A stretch of 38,836 nucleotides of DNA, taken from positions 276,461 through 315,296 of the forward strand of contig CAJINV010000006.1 in assembly GCA_905178155.1 (NCBI GenBank), read 5' to 3'. Below are positions 34,937 to 38,836 of this stretch, in pieces (the stretch's first letter is position 1; each line of letters begins with the position of its first letter). Origin of the DNA: Amoebophrya sp. A120. Lineage: Eukaryota > Protista > Dinoflagellata. The notes under the pieces are model-generated. The model was not told the DNA's origin and searched no databases. It saw only the letters and a program-made list of their open reading frames with translations. A program made the position numbers and the translations under genes.

Positions 34937-37748
34937 TTACTTCACCTCCTTCAAAAAGCGGAAGTAGAGTTTCTTAGCCAGCAGCCGGTGCTTCTTTGAC
35001 TTCGCGTACCAGGCTATCCAAGAAAAAAACTGTGTAAGTGTAACTTTCTTTGGCAGACAGCATCACAAATTTGCTCTACATGACAGAGAAAACCTCTCAT
35101 GCGCGGCTTGTACGGGAAAACACACATGAAAAAAGAAGTTCGTGGCTGTGTGGCATGACAGGCGTAACTCTGTTGCATATTCTGCATTACAGAGTTACAC
35201 TTACACAGTAGTTTTTTTCTTGCATACAGGCGGCGTCGTGTCCGTGGTGGCACTTCTGCTCCGGGTCCGCTCCGTAGTGCAGGATTAAGAAGTATCAAGT
35301 GCAAAAATGTCTCGGTCTGGAAGAGTGTAGACTTGTCATGCAGATTTTCCATGACCCATGAGTTCAGGAATGCGGGACTTAGCATGACAGACTCTGCGAG
35401 GTCTCTGCCATGCCTATTCTGCATGAGAAAGTCCGTTCCAACTTGGTCAAAAGTGGACAGCTTTTGGCATTCATGCAACACAGATTTTTGCATGCTTCAG
35501 ATTTGTCATGACAAGTTACAATCTTCCAGACCCAGATATTTTTGCAATTCATAAGAAATGGCACAGGTCTTCCTTCCCCGTTTTCGCAGCGTAGTGCAAA
35601 ACGGTCTGTCCGTTGTTGGGCCACTTGTTGTCCAGTGCTTTCCAGCCCTGGTTGTTGAGCATCTTGAAGCACTTCTTGTACTCCGCCGGCACCAATTCCT
35701 CGGCTTATCCTGTGCAAAAGTCTATCGCATTCGGAGTAATTGCATTTATGCATTACAAATCTCTTTCTCAAGGTAAATCCGCATTACAAATTGAATTTCT
35801 AATGCTGGGCTAATTTGTGATGCAATCGATACTAGTACGATGCTTTTGCATTACATATGGCTTCGTACGGAGACATGATGTCACTCGCCTTGATCACTTT
35901 CTCCTGTATGAGAGTGCACGATTCCCCCCTCATCTTTCGTATTTTTGCATGAACAGCAATACAAACACGACCACAGACACACGTGGAGCTCCCTGTGCAT
36001 GACAAATTCATGCGCCTAGTGTAGATAGTACTGCTTGGGCAGCTTCCGGAATCTGTGATGCATAAACAGTGCCACAGGGAAGCACTTGGATTTGGGATTT
36101 TGCATGAGAAATGAGAACGAGGGGGAGTTGTGCAGTTTCATATCCTGGCCGGCCACGTTGGAAGGCATACCGGATTTCTCGTCCAGCAGGTCATTGCTGT
36201 TCGCGCCGTCATCCAGCTTGCTCTGGGCCTGCGCCTTCTTAGCCGCTTCCAGTTTCTTGCGCAACTATTGTGAGGAAAATTCCCCCCTCCCCATATTGGA
36301 AAGGACATTTGTGATGTCGGATTTGCGTACACAAATCGACTTGTTATGCTAGAAGGCCAAGCGACGCAATTGTGGCCGGAATTGCAAGCAGTTTGTCATG
36401 CTGTTTGCCACTTCCAGTTGCCTCCTGTCACGCTGAAGATGCAAGGCCTTCCCACGCCGGCCAGCACTACAGTCCGCATCTTTTGCCCTCTAGCGTGACA
36501 ACGTAAATTGTGGTAGCAAATCATGCTACACAAATCTCCGTTTTAGTATGGGGAGGAGGGATTTTTCCTTTTGATAGCAACTCCGGATTCTTCTGCAGCT
36601 GGTACTTCCACTCCTTCTATGAGAGTGCACAACTCCCCCTCCCCCTCATTTGTCATGGAAAATACCAACTCCAAGCGCTGCTGCGTGGTACTGTTTGCAT
36701 GACAGATTCCGGAAGCCCAAACAGTACTGCACTGAGCGCATGAACTTGTCATGAACAGGCTCCACAGGTGGGGGTGTCTGTATTGCTGTTCATGCGATAC
36801 AAATGAGGGGGAGGGGGGGGTTGTGCACTGTCATACCTTCGCGAAAACCTGTTCGTTCGCCGGATTCGAAAAATCGATGTCCTCCGCCGGAAAACTGACC
36901 ATCAGGGCCGAGAACTCTTCGAAGAGCGAGTTTTTCTTCTTCGGGTTCGCCAAATCAATGGCCTTCTTGCCGAAATCGTCGATCACGTGCACCTGCTGCT
37001 TGATAATCGTTTCGTCCAGGTTGAGCACTAGGTAGTCGAAGAGAGGCTTGTTATTCTTTTTCGCCGCGTAGTGGAAGAAGGTGCCATATGGATTGCAAAT
37101 ATGTCTGGGTCTGGAAGAGTGGAACTCGTAATGCTGCCTGCGGATTCTAAAAATGTCTGTGTTGCATGAGCAGCCAGAGGAGTCAGCTCTTGGCACGCAG
37201 AGAGGGCATTTCTCATGCGTAATTAGCATCAAGAAGCTCTCAAAAAATCTGTGATGCTAGCATCAGCATCACAGACCTCATGGGTCATGCAAAATGTGCA
37301 TGACAAGCCCCAACTCTTGCAGACCCAGACGTTTTTGCAGTTGATATGCCACCGCCAGTCTTGTGGGCCAACTGCTGCTGGCAATTTTCGTTGTCGAACC
37401 CGAGCTCTTTGCACATCCGGAACATCTTCCCGTAAAAGTCGCACAGACCAAAGTCGTGTTCCTCGTCGTAGATCTTCGTGCCGTCCGATCGGCCCGATTT
37501 GTTGGACGCCATGGACTATGCAATGCAAAAGCATCGTACTCGTCATATAAATGCATTTAGAAATTAGCCCAGTACTACAAATTGAATTTGTAATGCTGAT
37601 TGACCTTGAGAAAGAGATTTGTAATGCCTAAATGCAAGTACTACGAGTACGATACTTTTGCACAGGATATGGACTCCTTGCTCATCATAGACTGCCGCAG
37701 CTGGTCCTTGTTCGGCACCAATTGGATCATGATCTGCCCGTTGCTGAA
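34937..37748 (-). CDS. Ankyrin-repeat protein, 9 exons split by 8 TIR introns; 5' end uncertain
   Basis: Removing each element plus one DR gives 969 nt of continuous frame ending at TAA 34937. It contains GGTFFHYAAKKNNKPLFDYLV...DDFGKKAIDLA and GQTVLHYAAKTGKEDLCHFLILHYGADPEQKCHHGHDAAWYA. Confidence 0.88.
35015..35226. mobile_element. TIR intron element, family B (212 nt)
   Basis: TATCCAAGAAAAAAACTGTGTAAGTGTAACT...AGTTACACTTACACAGTAGTTTTTTTCTTGCATA; DR CAGGC. Confidence 0.93.
35293..35553. mobile_element. TIR intron element, family A (261 nt)
   Basis: Family A TIRs; flanks AGAAG/AGAAA; join LCHF/LILHYGAD. Confidence 0.92.
35706..35857. mobile_element. TIR intron element, family D (152 nt)
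   Basis: TATCCTGTGCAAAAG...CTTTTGCATTACATA; flanks CGGCT/TGGCT. Confidence 0.9.
35907..36142. mobile_element. TIR intron element, family E (236 nt)
   Basis: TATGAGAGTGCACGATTCCCCCTC...GAGGGGGAGTTGTGCAGTTTCATA; DR TCCTG. Confidence 0.92.
36266..36576. mobile_element. TIR intron element, family C (311 nt)
   Basis: TATTGTGAGGAAAATTCCCCCCTCCCCATA...TATGGGGAGGAGGGATTTTTCCTTTTGATA; DR GCAAC. Confidence 0.92.
36618..36835. mobile_element. TIR intron element, family E (218 nt)
   Basis: TATGAGAGTGCACAACTCCCCCTCCCCCTCATTTGT...ACAAATGAGGGGGAGGGGGGGGTTGTGCACTGTCATA; DR CCTTC. Confidence 0.93.
37087..37346. mobile_element. TIR intron element, family A (260 nt)
   Basis: Family A TIR variants; DR TGCCA; join TGGG/TFFHYAAK. 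Confidence 0.92.
37517..37669. mobile_element. TIR intron element, family D, reverse orientation (153 nt)
   Basis: TATGCAATGCAAAAGCATCGTACTCGT...ACGAGTACGATACTTTTGCACAGGATA; DR TGGAC. Confidence 0.93.
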
Positions 37749-38012
37749 TATGCATTGCAAACATGTCTGGGTCCTCTGGAAGGATGCAACTTGTCATGCT
37801 AAATCCGAATCGTGCAAGAATCTGTGTTGCATGAGTGCCAAAAGCTGCGCACTTTTGACCAAAGTGAGAGGGAGTTTATCATGCAGGACAGACATGATAG
37901 AGATCTCACAAGATCTGTCATGCTAGGTCCTGCATTCCAACCCTCGTGCGTCATGGAAAACCTGCATGACAAACTTGCACGCTTCCAGACCCAGACATTT
38001 TTGCATTTGATA
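37749..38012. mobile_element. Family A element with unrelated flanks, possibly a hybrid (264 nt)
   Basis: Both TIRs are present, but the flanks CTGAA/TTCTT are not a DR. Confidence 0.85.
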
Positions 38013-38836
38013 TTCTTCCGGCCTGGGAGGAACGAGGCTGGTTATTTTGTAGGGAGGTTCTTGGTATCAAATGTAAAAATGTCTGGGTCTGGAAGATTGC
38101 AACTTGTCATGCTGAATCTGCAGCATGGAACAATCTGCGTTGCATGATTGCCAAAAGTCGTCCAGTTTTGACCAAGTCGGGAGAGAGTTTCTCATGCAGG
38201 ATAGGCATTAGAAAGGTCTCGCAGAATCTGTCATGCTAGCTCCGGCATTCCAGACCTCATGGGTCATGGAAAAGCAGCATGACAAATCGCGCAACATTCT
38301 TCCAGACCCAGACATTTTTACACTTGATACTTGGACGAGAAACTCCGTTCCGCCCTGCTTCTCCGTCCGCTTTGTTGTAGTACGTAGATCGGATAGTTGT
38401 ACACTAGGCTGGAGGTGGTCCTCTTGCGCATCTTTTACTTCTCCCAGAGCACGATGTTCTTCGTGCATGAGCAGCAAAGAGAGTCCAAGTTTTGCTACAC
38501 GGAAAGAGCATTTGTCATGCGGTATAGGCATCAGGAAGCCCTCGCAAAATCTGTGATGCTAGGGCATGCATCACAGACATCAGGAGTCATGCAAAATGTG
38601 CATGACAAACGTGGCAATCTTCCAGACCCAGACATTTTTACATTTGATATTCCATTTCGTGACCGTCGAACCAACGTAGGGACGGAGAAAGAAGTAGTGC
38701 GAAACGTCGGTGGTTGAGGCCGCGGCGGGAGGAATTTCTGTTGCTGAACTCTTATCAGCGGGAGTAGCGACGTCTGCATCGCTGTCGTGCCGCCGGGAAG
38801 TAGTAGGAGATTCATCTGCAACAGATGCAGAAGCCC
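38013..38836 (-). CDS. Exon fragments paralogous to part of the 7205-730 gene; possibly rearranged or a pseudogene; runs off the right edge
   Basis: EEHRALGEVKDAQEDHLQPSVQLSDLRTTTKRTEKQGGTEFLVQ/EPPYKITSLVPPRPEE matches EEHLAVGRVTDAQEDHLQPTVHLSDLRTTTKRKEKQGGAEFLTSTSVVPPRPEE at about 3725-3890, and the match is visible at DNA level. Confidence 0.65.
38065..38329. mobile_element. TIR intron element, family A (265 nt)
   Basis: Family A TIRs; DR CTTGG. Confidence 0.95.
38464..38649. mobile_element. Family A element missing its left TIR
   Basis: The right TIR TTCCAGACCCAGACATTTTTACATTTGATA and the family A body are present. The left ~80 nt are absent and exon sequence abuts the body directly. Confidence 0.8.

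Noticed and set aside
6960-38821. Recurrent peptides such as SNVKMSGSGR, LPDPDIF, CIAK and YGEGGFFL as protein motifs
   Set aside because: They are translations of the element TIRs.
1-38836. tRNA, rRNA or dinoflagellate spliced-leader sequence
   Set aside because: None recognised by eye. A covariance-model scan would be needed to exclude them.

Overview
Eukaryotic genomic DNA. Every gene I could reconstruct lies on the minus strand. The dominant signal is a dense population of transposon-like introns: 24 complete elements of 152-574 nt, 1 decayed element and 2 truncated ones, in at least six sequence families (my labels A-F). All complete elements begin 5'-TAT and end ATA-3' with terminal inverted repeats (TIRs). 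22 of the 24 are flanked by a 5-nt direct repeat (DR), and all families carry the internal motif GCA(T/A)NACA. Removing element plus one DR copy by hand rejoins the ORF fragments in frame and rebuilds three genes: a large glycosyltransferase-like protein (7205 to ~730), an Mps1/TTK-like kinase that runs on into a transmembrane helix and a Cys/Trp-rich domain (30008-21563), and an ankyrin-repeat protein (37748-34937). Most of these introns cannot be read as GT-AG, and they occur in both orientations. This architecture matches the 'introners' described in the parasitic dinoflagellate Amoebophrya; the taxon is my inference. The middle of the window (about 7.1-25.7 kb) lacks these elements. It holds hypothetical genes, those I could resolve having ordinary GT-AG introns, and a GC-rich island. 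A 97-bp tandem array and a structured 308-bp tandem array are also present. All reconstructions were done by eye, with no database searches.
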